This document shows, in pieces, positions 1 to 13,062 of a DNA stretch of 64,000 nucleotides (the stretch's first letter is position 1; each line of letters opens with the position of its first letter). The notes below the pieces were generated by a model that was not told the DNA's origin, did not search any database, and was given only the letters and a program-made list of their open reading frames with translations. The translations under genes and the position numbers were made by a program. Source of the DNA: Octopus sinensis. Its lineage: Eukaryota. The stretch is taken from positions 8,804,001 through 8,868,000 of the forward strand of contig NC_043013.1 of assembly GCF_006345805.1 (NCBI RefSeq). Direction: 5' to 3'.

Positions 1-319
1 CAGATTACTTATTTAATACTTATTTATTCACATTTCAGAAAGGTTTAAATTCAGGATATACAAGATCCAAATTTTGAATGAAGTGCAAAAGTTCGTATTA
101 CCATAACAAATACTTCTGCAGGTTACAGAGAAATTTATAGAGAGTGAAAAAAGGCTTCTTCTAAGCAAACAACTCTATATTTGGTTTTTAAACAGAAATC
201 TACAAGTCCGTCTACGAGTGCTTGTGAATTGGCGATTGGGTCTACAAGTGATGGTGTGCGCGAGTCAAGTGCGAGTAAAAGTTAATATTAATGCGAATTA
301 ATATTCGTTTCAAATTTTA

Positions 320-515
320 GCACAAGGCCAGTAATTTATGATGAGTGATTAAGTCGAATACATCGACCTCAGTACATGACTGGTACTTATTTTATCGACC
401 CTGAAAGGAATAAAAGGCAAAGTCGACCTTGGCGAAATTTGAACTCAGAACGTAAAAACGAACGAAATGCCGCTAAGCATTTCGTCCGGCGTGCTAACGA
501 TTTTGTTAGCTCGCC
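320..515 (-). mobile_element. SINE (octopus-type family), near full body
   Basis: Reverse complement reads GGCGAGCTAACAAAATCGTTAGCACGCCGG...GTTCTGAGTTCAAATT...GGGTCGATAAAATAAGTACCAG; same family recurs at 520-715, 733-831, 39545-39750, 56872-57005. Confidence 0.75.
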
Positions 516-519
516 CGCC

Positions 520-715
520 TTTAAATATACGCCGGATAAAATCATTAACAGTATTTCGTCTGTCTTTATGTTCCAAGTTCAGATTCCACCGAGGATGACT
601 TTGCTTTTCATCCCTTCGGGGTCGCTAAAATAAGTACCAGTTGAGTACTGGAGTCAGTGTAATAGACTTAACTACTCCATCGAAATGCTGGCCTTGTACG
701 AAAATCTGAAACCAA
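520..715 (+). mobile_element. SINE, same family, inverted relative to 320-515
   Basis: GCCGGATAAAATCATTAACAGTATTTCGTC...GGGGTCGCTAAAATAAGTACCAGTTGAGTACTGG...GGCCTTGT mirrors the neighbouring copy. Confidence 0.7.
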
Positions 716-732
716 AATTTATATATTTAAAC

Positions 733-831
733 GCGGCAAGCAGGTAAAATCGTTATGGCGCCGGGGAAAATGCTTAGCGACGTTTCTTCCGACTTTGCGT
801 TCTGAGTTCAAAGACCGTCGGGGTCGGCTTT
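733..831 (+). mobile_element. SINE 5' part truncated by assembly gap
   Basis: GCGGCAAGCAGGTAAAATCGTTA...AAATGCTTAGCG...GTTCTGAGTTCAAA then Ns. Confidence 0.6.
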
Positions 832-931
832 NNNNNNNNNNNNNNNNNNNNNNNNNNNNNNNNNNNNNNNNNNNNNNNNNNNNNNNNNNNNNNNNNNNNN
901 NNNNNNNNNNNNNNNNNNNNNNNNNNNNNNN
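832..931. other. Assembly gap (100 N)
   Basis: Exactly 100 N, typical placeholder for a gap of unknown size. Confidence 0.98.
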
Positions 932-1319
932 CAGTCAGAGTAGAGCACAATAGTCCAGGAAAACTTTACAGTCCTCATTATCTGTGAGACGAGGGCGCTT
1001 TGCATCTGAACCAAAGAAGTTCACATTGATTGTTCCCCCAAATATTGGAGCCGAGAAAATGGAGTGCAATGAACCAAAGCAAGTGACAGCGTTCCGAGAT
1101 TGACTCGACGTAATGTTGACGGTGAAGGGGAGTTCACTTACACTCGCTGCTGCTGTGTGTGACGGAGGTAGAAGCGAACCAGGCTGGTCGTTGTTGCTAC
1201 TACCATAATACCCTTCTAATTCTTAACACCTTTCAACATAATCTGGGTGTAATTTTCATTCCATCAGCACAAGTGGGGTTACCATGTTTCTTACAAGATT
1301 ATAAACACCAAGGTGGAGC

Positions 1320-1900
1320 AAGTTTAAGAGAGGAGAAGGAGTAGAAAGGAGTAAAGTATGAGAGAAAAGGGTCGGAGCAGCAGGAGTTTGCTGTTATAAA
1401 GGAGTAAGATGACCTTTTGTATTTTAGAAGAGAGGATGGAGGTGATCAGGTGGAGCAGGAGAGTTAAAAAAAAGATAGGTGTGATGAGGTGTCAGGGTGA
1501 ACATTGACGGTACGACGTGGGTAGGGTGAGTGGGGAGTAGGGGATATCTTTTAATGCAGAACCACAGAAAAGAAATGGTGATACTGTAAAAAGGAGAAGG
1601 AAGAGTGAGAGAGATGACACGCTGTTGGGTAGGTTGGAGGAGTGGATGGGGGAGAGAAAGAGGAATGCACAGTGTATGGGAAAAGGGAGTGGTGTGGTGG
1701 GTGAGGGGAGATAAATTGGCGGTACGGAAGGGTTGGGGATGGGGCGAGGATTGAGAGTATGGGTGGAGAGAACAGTAATGAAGGATGAAGGGTGGATAAA
1801 TTGTGAAATGATTCTGGGTAGACAAACAGTGGTATGAAAAAAAAACTGGTGTTAGGGAGGTTATGGGTGGTGGTGAGTGTCTTGAAAAGGAGGGAAACTG
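1320..1900. repeat. Purine (GA/GT)-rich low-complexity tract
   Basis: Strongly G/A-biased degenerate sequence; its ORFs are compositional artefacts. Confidence 0.7.
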
Positions 1901-1985
1901 GGTGAAGCATCCAGTTGTGCATATCGCCAGTCATCTTGATACCATGTAATCTCCTCCATGTTGTCCAAGATTCTGAGATCAACAT

Positions 1986-2012
1986 TCAGTCTCTTCCATG
2001 AAGCCGAAAGTC
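1986..2012 (-). CDS. Candidate terminal exon D (coding part DFRLHGRD* if phase 0)
   Basis: Acceptor (TG)n..CACCGATCACAG|GAC conserved in the paralog at 23494-23520; frame uncertain. Confidence 0.35.
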   Translation of the reverse strand, partial: DFRLHGRD

Positions 2013-2026
2013 CTGTGATCGGTGAA

Positions 2027-2045
2027 ACACACACACGCGCACACT

Positions 2046-2143
<98 letters not shown>

Positions 2144-2220
2144 TGTGTGCATATGTGATTGTGTGTATTATGTATGTATATATATATATGTATATATATA
2201 TATATACACATACATACATA
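2027..2220. repeat. (CA)n/(TA)n compound microsatellite
   Basis: Direct inspection. Confidence 0.95.
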
Positions 2221-2290
2221 CGTCCCCTTTGACTGGCCACTGGTACTTATAGTGTCAAATACTTTCGGTATGCAAATTAGAGATCCTTAC

Positions 2291-2374
2291 ATAGAGTAAC
2301 TGCAGCATTTATTGAGTATAGAAACAGTTTGGCTGCTTGTTTCTCTGGAGACTGTCAGAATGATGTGGATATCT
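2291..2374 (-). pseudogene. Candidate exon C, copy 1 (84 nt), apparently damaged
   Basis: Strong donor CTAT|GTAAGG; acceptor is CATGAG versus CATCAG in the paralog; in-frame TAA where the paralog has CAA (RYPHHSDSLQRNKQPNCFYTQ*). Confidence 0.4.
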
Positions 2375-2529
2375 CTCATGAGAACGCAACAAGGGTTGAA
2401 AATCAATTAAGGTTGTTCATTATCTTTTTTTTTCAATCTGTGGAGAAATGCCTAAAATTTGCCCTGTTTATAATTATACCATATGTTATATATATATACA
2501 TATATATGACCGCGTATGTACCGTTGGAG

Positions 2530-2690
2530 ATTTTTTTCCCTCCATCTTCCCTTCTTTGGATCTTTCCATTTCCTATGGTTTTGACGAAGAGCTCCGCCCG
2601 AAATATTAAACCCTCCTTCTTTCCTGGGCGTCCAATAATACTCTACATGTTCCACGTCCTCGCGTTGTTGTGTTTTATGTTTGTTTTCAT
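2530..2690 (+). mobile_element. Penelope-like terminal-repeat fragment with degenerate minimal hammerhead motif, inserted in (TA)n
   Basis: GGTTT-TGACGA-A-GAGCtccGCCC-GAAATATT-AAACC at ~2577-2612; related to 27420-27600. Confidence 0.5.
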
Positions 2691-3293
2691 GTATATATAT
2701 ACATACATACATATATAAATCTTTATATATAGATAGATAGATACATACATACATACATACACATATACATACATATATACATACATATATACATGCATAC
2801 ATACATTCATACATAAATATATATATATATATATGGGGAATTTAGAAACTGGTTTTACTGGTTTGACATATAATACGATGATTCTTTCCATCTCTAATAA
2901 TATGATATATAGGAGCTGTTTTTTCTAATATTAAAAATTGTTCTTAGTGATATTAAAATGAAAACCACTACACTGACTGCAACGATATAACAAAATGGAA
3001 GCCTGCAATAAATATATAGAATTTAGTAGCTGGATCTACCAAAAAGAGATAAAATAGAGTTCTACCTACTGCAAAAATTGCAGATAGCTCTACCAGTCTG
3101 AAGAATAATAGCTTGGTCTACCAGTATAAATAATTGCAACCAGTCGTATCAATGTGAGAATATATATGAAATTATTCATAAACAGAATATACAGCGTTCA
3201 TTTTAAGCAAATCCTTTGATGAAATTCTCAAGAAATAATCCATCACAATTCAGAACAATTCAAGTATATTTTAAGATTAAAAAAAAAGCTTAC

Positions 3294-3342
3294 TTGTTTG
3301 GGTTTCTGACCAGATACCTCAGCCATTTCTTGAAGTTCTAGT
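3294..3342 (-). CDS. Micro-exon B (49 nt, phase 2>0): x-LELQEMAEVSGQKPKQ
   Basis: ATTTTGCAG acceptor and GTAAG donor; only one open frame; identical 49/49 to 29007-29055. Confidence 0.75.
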
Positions 3343-4049
3343 CTGCAAAATCAATAAATGGTAAACTTCCAGGTTAGTAAAATGAATTGTCATGATGTGT
3401 ATAAAGATGAATATTTAAGTCTTTATCCTTTAACTGTGAACGTCGAATAGAAAAGCTGTGTTATTAAAAGGAAAGAAATCGAGACAATGGAAAAGAAACT
3501 CAGCTTTAAGGAATAATATGGCGGGTGAAAAGTTATGCACAGAAAGAATGATTCAGATAGAGATGAAGGCTGAGAGATAAATAAAGATCAAAGGAAGCTA
3601 AGAAATTAAGAGAGAATTCAGAAAGAGGCAATTCCTCAAAGAGAAGCAAGTAGAAATATACCGAAAATTGCAGAAAAGGTGGAGAAATTAAACTTAACAG
3701 AAGCAATTGATAAACAATAAGAACAGCCGGAATTATACCTTAGAAATTATTCTATTCTCATACACACACAAACACATATACAGACACACACACAAGCACA
3801 CACACACATGCACACACACCACAAAAGAGGTGTTTCCATGCAGCAAAAAGAAATGGGCAAATTTGTTGTACCTATATATATATAATTAATAGAAAAAAAG
3901 ACGGACTAAAAGGACAAGTAAAACAACATCGCGAGGACTTGACACATGCAAATTGTGAATAAGACGCTCACAGAAAGAAAGAAAGAAAGAGTGTTTTACG
4001 TTTCGAGCAAAGGTTTTTTCAGAAACAGGAGATGGCGTAAAATTCAAGC

Positions 4050-5240
4050 GAAAAGGAAGACAGGGAAAATAAGGCTTGGATGTGGTGAATTTATGCACTA
4101 GCTTCCCACACCATTATGATATAAAAGCAATCCTCTTCTGGCTAGAAAAATACCCAAATGAGATCCCAGGACGCATCAACCACAGCTTCACAATCCCAGC
4201 ACTGAAATTTAACCTCCAGAACAACTACTTCATGTCCGATATTGTTTACTATCAAGAAAAATGTGGAATTGCAGTGGAACCTCGTACTGCCCCACTGATT
4301 GCGAATTTTGTAATCTAGAAATTAAAATATACCAATTATCACAGCAAAAATATGGTATCTCAAAGGAATTAGACATACGAGCCTTAAGGGAAGTTAACCG
4401 AAATACTACACCAAATTTAAATGTACTCCTATACATCTCCACATATAACTCCAGAAACAATGAGGCATTCAACATCATCATCCAGAATTTACCCATTCGC
4501 ACTGGGGATAAACAATGAACGAAATTTTGGACTCACACAAAATTATCAAAATTTAACCGGCGCAAGATTATATCCCTTAACAACGGAACCAAAAGTGGAA
4601 AATGGGGGTGGCCTAACTGGGGCACATGCTTCCACCTTTGGGGGGGGGTACAGAATTTCACTTCAAACAAGGTGAAATATTTAAGATAAAGTCACATTTC
4701 ACTTTGCCTCTGAAAACCAAATCTATGTTATTACTTGCTTAGGTTGCCAAAACCACTATATAGAACAAACACGAAGAACAACGCTTCAAAAACAACAAAT
4801 CAGTTTCCCACAGTATAGACAGATACATGTTAGTGAGCACATAGATAGATGTGATAGGAGTCTTAAACCAAACTTCCTAAGTTTCCCTTTTTCTCAATGC
4901 TCCCAGAACACCTCAGTGCAGTAATGACTAAATAAAGAGGCAACTTTCAGTAATAAATATCAACCACAACTTAACATGAACACACAACTTAAAACAGGAC
5001 ACTACTAACCTTACTAATACAAGTAATCCCACTAATCCTCAAACATCTCATATACCATTCATACTCTGTTAATCATATTAATCTAATTGCATCACTTTCA
5101 GAACAGCTTACCTCCCTTGCATACAGATACAGATACAGGTACTATTACACCCAACAGCGTTTGGAAATTGGTGTTGATTCAAAGTTAGTGAACAGCGATG
5201 TCGAAACCGGTATGACTTTCTATAATGACTCATGGTAAGG
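4050..5240 (+). mobile_element. Penelope-like element remnant (RT plus GIY-YIG, frameshifted)
   Basis: DVVNLCTSFPH..FWLEKYP..QNNYF..YQEKCGIAV..APLIANF matches PLE RT motifs; IYVITCLGCQNHYIEQT near 4720-4780 is a GIY-YIG remnant. Confidence 0.85.
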
Positions 5241-6055
5241 ATTTTTATACTTCTTAATTTCCCCTCAAATCATTTAATTGTATATATATGTATCTTTGTT
5301 CTAAGAAAAAGAACCATTACTTTTATGCCTAGTGTGCATTTTCTTTGTTTCTTTTTAATTTTTCCTTTTATATATATATATATATATTATTATTATTATT
5401 ATTATTACTATTATTATTATCATCATTATTACTATTTTACCTGCTCTTCTCCCACTGTTCTATCCTATTACTCTGTTATTCTCTCCTTCACTCTTCCTTG
5501 CTCACGTGGCTCCCGCATGACCACCGGACATCTTTCTTATTTTCTCTCCGTTGTAGCTGGAACAAGGAAGACGTGTTCTTGCTTGTATCATGTCCTAGCT
5601 TAATTTACGCGTTCGTCACCACAACCTCGTTTAGGCTTAACAGACCTTCCTGTTTCTTTTCACTGTCCTGGTTGTGTTACCTATTTTGATCCTTTGCAAA
5701 ATCCCAAATTCTACTTAATCTGCTTTGCGGGAGCAACTGTTTTATCGAATGCGTATATTGTTGTTAAATGCTCGAAATACGAGAATAGAGAAACAACCAG
5801 CAACTGATGGCCGGTCGTTCTTCATGTTTGTTTTGTTTTCCATTTGTGTCTTTCGTTGTTCGAAAAAAATAGTTCGTGTTCATGTACACGTGCTTCGTAT
5901 TTTTGTACACGTTTTATGACGTCCTCTGCCCCGATATGCATATATACATTCATACATACATATATATATACGTATAAATGTAAGTATGTACATATACGTA
6001 TGTATATAGGCATATATTATCTATAATATATACATATATATACATATATATATAT

Positions 6056-6157
<102 letters not shown>

Positions 6158-6389
6158 ATATATATGTGTGTATGTGTGTAAATGATCGAAATGTCATACT
6201 CACTCCTTTTAGTGGGCGTCAAGCTATAATACATTTTTGTGTACGTTGTCCCGTTTGTTTTCATTTTTCGTTTTTTAACTCACTATTTTGCACGCGCGCG
6301 CGCACAGCCATATATAGAAATAAACAACAGCTAAAAACGTATATGTATAAGTCACAGAGACTCGCTAATTCTTCATCAGTTTTTCGCTA

Positions 6390-7870
6390 ATACTTTATCA
6401 TAGTTCTAAGCCAAATTCCATCTTTATTTCTTTGGCAAAGCCATGTACTCTCTCTAGTACTGTTTCCAGCTGTTTATCATTTGCAGCGTATAGTTTTAGA
6501 TCATCCTTATACAAGAGTTGGTCGATTGTTTTCCCGTAAAAGTTGTATCCATATCTAATTCTATTTAGCACGTCAGATAAAGGTATCAGTGCCAAGCAGA
6601 AAGAGTGGAAAGATCGTGTCTCCCTGGAATATTACTGTTCTAACGGGGACGGCTCCCTTTCGATTATTGTCGTTACTTTGGTCATAGAATATTATCAAAA
6701 GCTTTTCGATAATCGATCCCAGTCATACTTGGACCATTCTTCTCTTGTCGGCTGTCTTCAGTTATGGCTTTATTGACAGGTAGCTGATGCTTTTGCAGCA
6801 CTCCTTCTTCTGTTTCAGAAACAGGTTGTTATCATCCAGATGTTTGCCCATTCTCTGCAGTAAAGGTTTTGTAAATTGTAGCGAGTCAAGTTATCGGTTT
6901 GTAATTTTGTGGGTTTCCCGTTTCGGTGGACTTGGTAATCAGGAAATGTTTCCCTTCCATGGGCCCTTCAAATATTGTCTCAGGCTCTTTTAATATTTCA
7001 TCAAATTTCCCAGGCATCGTTTTCTGTATTCCTGTTTGATATTTCAACCAGAAATTGGAGACCGCGTAGTGCATGGTTGCCGACCTCTTCAGTTGTTATA
7101 GGAGTCCAGAGTTGTAGAGGAATTGTTTTTGTTACTTTGAAAGACCTTTTCCTAGGTTGTTCCCTCACCGACCATTTTTCTTTCCATTGATCTCTATTTT
7201 ATTTTTGCCAAGTTCTAAGTAGAATCTTTTGAAATTGGAGTAGAACTGTTTGTTTTGTTCAAAGAAACGTTGGCGTATCTCATACTGGCGGATTTTTTGT
7301 ACTTTGGCGAGGATATATCTTGCTTTAGCTGTTCTTTTATCCCAGGTATACTTTGTTCTAGAATTTTCTATTTCCATAGTATTTTACTTCTGTTCTTGTT
7401 GCTTAGTAGTGTTGATTGTCTACTAATTTCCTTAAGGACTGACAGATCCTTTCTTTTATTTTATATCTTTTTCTAGATATTCTTTATCCACAGGATTTTT
7501 TTTAGGTGGTAATTCTCCTGTTTGGATGGGTTTGAGAGGGTATCCAGCTTTGATATATTATAGCATTTAACCTGATTATACTGACGTTTGTTTCTGTGGG
7601 TATTAGTTCCGTGACGGCCAGTTTCCTGTTATTTATTATTAATGTGGCTTTAATATCAATCTTAATTTTTGGGAGCTACAGTCAGTTGTCCATACTGAGA
7701 TCTGAGCCTTTCAATTCTTTGATTATATTCATTTTTAGAGTATCATAATCATTAGTTTCACCTTCACTCTTTTAAGGTTTTAGATTTGTTTCGCTTTCCT
7801 TCCTGTTCATATTTTTTGTCTGTGGTGTTCTGATTTCGTGCATATAGCTCATCATTATACATTCATACGG
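6390..7870 (-). mobile_element. R4/Dong-like non-LTR retrotransposon remnant
   Basis: QLLYKDDLKLYAANDKQLE..EIKMEFGL (RT YxDD region) and KIRQYE..EQNKQF..KRFYLEL N-terminal motif; many stops and frameshifts. Confidence 0.85.
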
Positions 7871-8424
7871 CCTGGGTTTGTTGCCTTTCGTTGTTTTCTT
7901 CCTTTTCGTTACGTTTGACTTCGTATCTTACACTCCCAGTGCTTATGATATTATTTGGCATTGCTGTGTGGTCACTATCTACGATTTCCTAATGTACACT
8001 GAATCGCAAAAGAAACGCAATCTTTTTCAAATGTCATTTTATATTCTAAATATATTTCAGTGATGTAAGAGTAAATATTCCAAAACCTGCTGATTTATGG
8101 CTGAGACCCAAATTACAGGCAGTCTTTAGACTTTCCTGAAACGGGACGCCAAAATGCAGCTGCGTTGAATGTCGTGGGTATCAGTCGCAAACTATTGAAA
8201 AGAAAACCGAAATGCACGTGCATCTCGTGGAGGTTATGGCTCTAAAACCGAACTTGAACCGCATTCCTGGCATTCCAAATTTCTTCGCCTTTGGAGTAGT
8301 TCATTTCGTACGTGAGTGTTGCATTGTTGGATTATTATTGTTGGAACTCCTTCGTGCTTTTTTTTGTTTGTTAACGCCACATTTGTTTATGTTCTGCGTT
8401 TCGCAGGCTTTTTACAACATTATT

Positions 8425-9070
8425 CATATCTATTATATCAACGCCAATGTCTTTATGTGTGTTCGCGTGTTACTTGTGTATTCAAAAACTGCTGCACCGA
8501 TCATAATGAAATTTAGAACACAAAATCAAAGCCTAGGGAGAAGGGCAATGCTGTGTGTTTCATACAATTTCATGGACCAAAATTACTGGATCCTTATGAT
8601 ATTTGAAACTTAGATTCAATGCATAAGGGCAGGTATAATGCAATATGTTTGGTTTGAATTTCAGATGGCTTAAAGGGGGAAGAACCCCTCATGAAAATTC
8701 ATAAATTTTCGATGTTGATGAAATTTCAACCATAAGTAATTGATACACATCAAGAAGTATTCTCAAAGATTCCACTTCATATGAGGATTCTAAGACACCA
8801 TATTGAGGGCCTTAACTCCCAAATTTTAGTCATTTCTTTTATGATCCAAAATTAGGTCAAAAGTACTGAATGGATCTTTACGAAATTTGGGAATTATATT
8901 CTATGCATAAAGGCCATAACCCCCATGACAATTCATATATTTTTGCTGCTGATGAAATTTTAACCACAGATATTAGATACAAATGAAGTAATATTTATAA
9001 AATTTCATCTTCTTGCAAGTTAGAAAGACCCCTTAATGGGGACTTAATACCCACAATTTAATAATTTTAT
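8425..9070 (+). mobile_element. Non-autonomous Helitron/DINE-like repeat (tentative)
   Basis: Starts ATCTATTATATC..TGTGTGTTCGC..CCGATCATAATGAAATTT with internal GATGAAATTT(C/T)AACCA subrepeats; no clear 3' CTAG. Confidence 0.35.
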
Positions 9071-10389
9071 CTAAGCAAAGACGAATACAGTTGTACTCTT
9101 GGAAGCTGTAGGGTCACCCGAGCATAAAGATGAGCATTATTTGTAATTCAATGGTACAACAGTGTAAGAGTTTGCTTTGGCATACACTTAGATTGTGATT
9201 TCTGCAATGTGGTGCATAAATTGTCAAGAAAATGGGAGGCATCTTTGCTTCCGCTGATTCAGTTGCAAAGTGTTGAGTAAAGTTATTTGATTGCAGACCT
9301 CCTTTCAGTCTTTTTATTATCACTGAGTCACACATAGTCCCCAGAGAGTAACATTGATTTCAAGGCCTTCCCAGATGAGTGACTTGTTATTCAAAGACAT
9401 TTATAGATTGTAAATTTATTCTGTCCAGTTACGTATCAGTACAGTGGTCATTTGCAAACTCCAACTTTCATTTATCCTTAGCCATTACGTCACACAGTTG
9501 TTAATGTTTATTTCAGTTGGGTCACGCCCTTCCAATTACTATAGATTCGTAATGCATCTTACGGCTGTAATACTACATTGGGAATATTACATTGGGAGTG
9601 GTAACGACTGGAGTAGGGTAGCTGACTGCTTATTGTGATGATTCGTCTTTTGGTTTCCTGTAGCTTTGCTCTATTTTACAAACCCAGTGAACATATATTT
9701 CCTATTTCAAAGAAATCCAAGCAATAGATATAAGGCCCAAGTTAAAAAGATTCTCAACAATTCAACTTCTCTGCTTGACATTAAGACACCCCCCACCAAT
9801 AGGGGCCTTAACTCTCACATTTTAGAGTGCTCCATGACCTCCATTTTTTAGGAGCAAAATCCTTTTAACAGGTTCTATAAGACAAGAATTTTGGAATATG
9901 CGCATAAAAATCATTAGTATGGGATACATGTGGTACGATTACAATTTTTTTAGGTTGTGTAAAGAGGGAAATAACCCTCATCTGCAATTTTGATGAAATT
10001 CGAAACATTACAGAAAATATAACAGAAAAGTCTAATTCTTCAATTACATGTAACACGGGCAACGTGTATATGCACACAAAGATAAATTGATAGATACAAC
10101 TGAGTGGGCAAACAAAAATATGAGACAGCCTAGTGCTTTTTTTTATGTTGATAAGCCTGGTACTTATTCTATTAGTTTCTTCTTGTGAAACCAGTAAGTT
10201 TCACAAGGTATGCATGTCTGATTTCTTGCTGCCATTTCCGACACAAATATTACCGCAACAATGGCAAAATTCTTTTTTCTCTTGTAAAAAATTCTTCTAC
10301 ATCCTCTTGTGGAGCATTTTCGAACTTACAATTTTCGTTCTTCAAAATTCTGTATAGAGCAGTTGTATACTGTCAACTTTACGTGACAG

Positions 10390-10483
10390 TCCCATAAAGG
10401 GAATCACACCACCGCTATCTAGCCCTAGGAAGCATCAACGCTTCGTAGGGCTAAATAGCGGTAGTGTGATTTCCTTTATGGGA
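10390..10483. repeat. Fold-back hairpin, 44-bp arms, 6-nt loop
   Basis: 10390-10433 vs reverse complement of 10440-10483: 4 mismatches; non-folded family member at ~50530-50620. Confidence 0.9.
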
Positions 10484-10599
10484 TACCATCACTGCCTATA
10501 TCTCTCTGAGATATTTAGAAATTTAATATTTCTATTTTTTGTGATCAGTGGATTTATTTCACTGGAATTATATATGTTTCCAAGGTCTAGACAGGTATC

Positions 10600-11640
10600 T
10601 GCCGCTAGCAAATCATGCTACTCCAGGTTTTTGTTGTTTTTTGAGAGAAGCTAATCGAAGATGCGTGCGAAGCCGACGTTTGGTGGTAAAAGAAAAATTG
10701 GAAATCAAGAGCTACGCGGAAGCGACAGCGGAAGACCCGGAAAAGGAGAAATTAAGAAGCCTAACACCGAAGTCGTTGAATTGGGACCCTGAAAAGATGA
10801 AGAGATACATGAGCAAAGTAGAAAGAGAAGCAACGAATGTGAAGCTTATAATGTCGGAGGAGAAAAAGAAAATGTTAAGGAATTCAACAATAGTATACAG
10901 AACATTCTCCAACGAATTCAGGAGGATTGAAATAGCACCTGAATTTCAAATAGAAGCAATGGTATAGTGCTGTATGGATAGAGTGGTTTTCATAAATAGA
11001 GGAAGCCAATACGGCAAGGTAAATGTTATGTTTGAAAACGTGGAGGCGGCAAAGAGGAACGACCAAGTGATAGAAGGAAATAAATGGACTCTCATACCCG
11101 ACAAACCAGGAAAATGTTAGTGAAAATTAGAATTGGAAGAATCCCACCGTGGACTGAACCAGAACGGATAATAGCAGCAATCTTTACAGAGAGTGAGAGA
11201 GTAGGCTACCGAAATATGGAGAGAATTAGGTTTAACTGGACCCAATTTTCGAATTGGTGGAATTACGGGGTGGAAGTGAACTGTATAGTGAATCAGTATT
11301 TCTATGAGGAAATACCAGAGACAGCGGAGCTTCCAAACGGATACAAATTGAAGATAATGATGACTGTGAGGTCTTCAAAATCTTACGGATGTGGCGTGAG
11401 GAGGCACTTAAAAAGAAAGTGCCGTAGATTATTGGAAGTTGTAGATATAATAGAGGAGAAGGACATAATCCAGGAGAATGAATTTTTGGAGGTTAAGGCG
11501 AAGAAAAGAGAAAGGAGAATGTCTCCGCCGACAATGGATCCTAACAAGTATAAAGCAAAAGAAAGACAAGTAGAAACAGTTCGCCAGTGGGAGCGCCTAA
11601 GAAGAGTGTCAGAGAAAAATCAACATTTCCATGGAAACAC
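10600..11640 (+). mobile_element. L1/Tx1-like ORF1 (gag-like) remnant
   Basis: Broken ORFs 10548-10967 and 11084-11833; FINRGSQYGKVNVMF and KIRIGRIPP segments, eroded zinc knuckle SYGCGVRRHLKRKC; followed by an (ACAG)-rich tract. Confidence 0.6.
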
Positions 11641-12639
11641 AAAGTCGTTAAACTTCACAAAGAGTCAGACTCACAAACACAGAAACATTCAGATATACAG
11701 AAAAACAGAGATGCAGACAAACAGACACAAGATAACCCAGAAGTACAGATACCCCAAAACACAGACTCACATACGAAACACACAGGTTTACAGTCACACA
11801 ATCATACAGACATACAAGCACAAAAAATCTTAGACAGACAAACACAAGAAAACACAGAACTACAAAAGCATAATAACACAGAGTCACAGTCACAATGCAC
11901 AGGAAACACACAGAAGCAAATTTTTCCTTGTGACATATACGGCATCGCAAATAATAGAGAAAAATATTTCAAGATGGAAAGAGACTGTCAAGGTGAACTT
12001 AGAAGAAGGCTATGACAAGAACATAAGATTATCTTGATGGGTAACACTAAGTATAGCTCGTTAAAGGAGGTCTTTCCATCGGATGTGAATCCGCTGTGGA
12101 CTGAGATGGATGCTGAACCTTGCACCCCGGTGGTGGAATTTGTGGAGATAAAAGAAAAGATAAAGAGGTGAGTATCATCTGTTTCAAAGACTGTAAATAA
12201 GACAGTGTTAAATCCTTTTGTGTTCATACAGATTTTTAAAAATTGTGAACCTTTGTAAAAGTTTTTAAATTTTAACTTCTAAAAGAACGAATAACCTCGT
12301 GGTCATCTCGGAGCGGGGCTGGGATGTGCCTGTTTATCAAAATCATCTTCATTATAATTATTTCACTTTTCATTCATCTTTTCATGTGTTTTTTTTTTAT
12401 CCCCGCAGGTGTATGTATGTCCCTCTGTGTTTGGGCCTTGTGCCTTGGAATTAAAATTAATTCGTAATTTCTCCGTGAAAGAACAATCGTTGAGTGGTTT
12501 AATTTGTTGAAGGCTTCTGGCCAGGTACGTCGAACTACTAAAATTGTTACTGTTATCGTTAATTTTTTGCGTTTTTGCAAAAGCACACAGCTTGTTCAGC
12601 AGGCTTATGTCTTTATATATACTATATACTTATATTGTG

Positions 12640-12695
12640 AAATTTGATTTAATACTAAATTGAATGTTTCCCTGTAAGTTTGGAGTTATACTCCC

Positions 12696-12753
<58 letters not shown>

Positions 12754-13024
12754 CATATATATATATATATTTAAAACTTATAAGTTTAAATTATTTAAAT
12801 AATTTTTAAAATTTTAACTTTAATTTAAATATTTTAATTTGAAATTTTATATTTTTTATATTTATATTTTATATTTTTTTAATTAATTTTATTTCTATGT
12901 ATTGGCTTATGATTTTCATTGTTTGATTTGCCCAATAGTGGTTTTATCTCTAATTTAATATAATATATATTAATTAGATTTAATCCTAAATCTAATTTTT
13001 CTCTGTAAGTTTGGATTTACTCCC

Positions 13025-13060
<36 letters not shown>
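12640..13060 (+). repeat. AT-rich dispersed repeat with partial tandem duplication
   Basis: TTTGATTTGCCCAATAGTGGTTTTATCTCTAATTTAA..CTGTAAGTTTGG shared with 18820-19040. Confidence 0.7.

Positions 13061-13062
<2 letters not shown>

Noticed and set aside
2281-2410. Plus-strand reading RSLHRVTAAF..ENQLR with several synonymous differences from the paralog
   Set aside because: Plus-strand splice sites are weak, whereas the minus strand has a GTAAG donor and fits the neighbouring exons; not fully excluded
9320-9400. Minus-strand EINVTLWG resembling an RPA/OB-fold strand
   Set aside because: Only a short motif flanked by stops; no further OB-fold support
10145-10199. Plus-strand signal-peptide-like exon MLISLVLILLVSSCET followed by GTAAGT
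   Set aside because: Its reverse complement (AAGAAACTAATAGAATAAGTACCAGGCTT) is the SINE tail seen elsewhere, so hydrophobicity comes from a T-rich antisense repeat; no convincing downstream plus-strand exon
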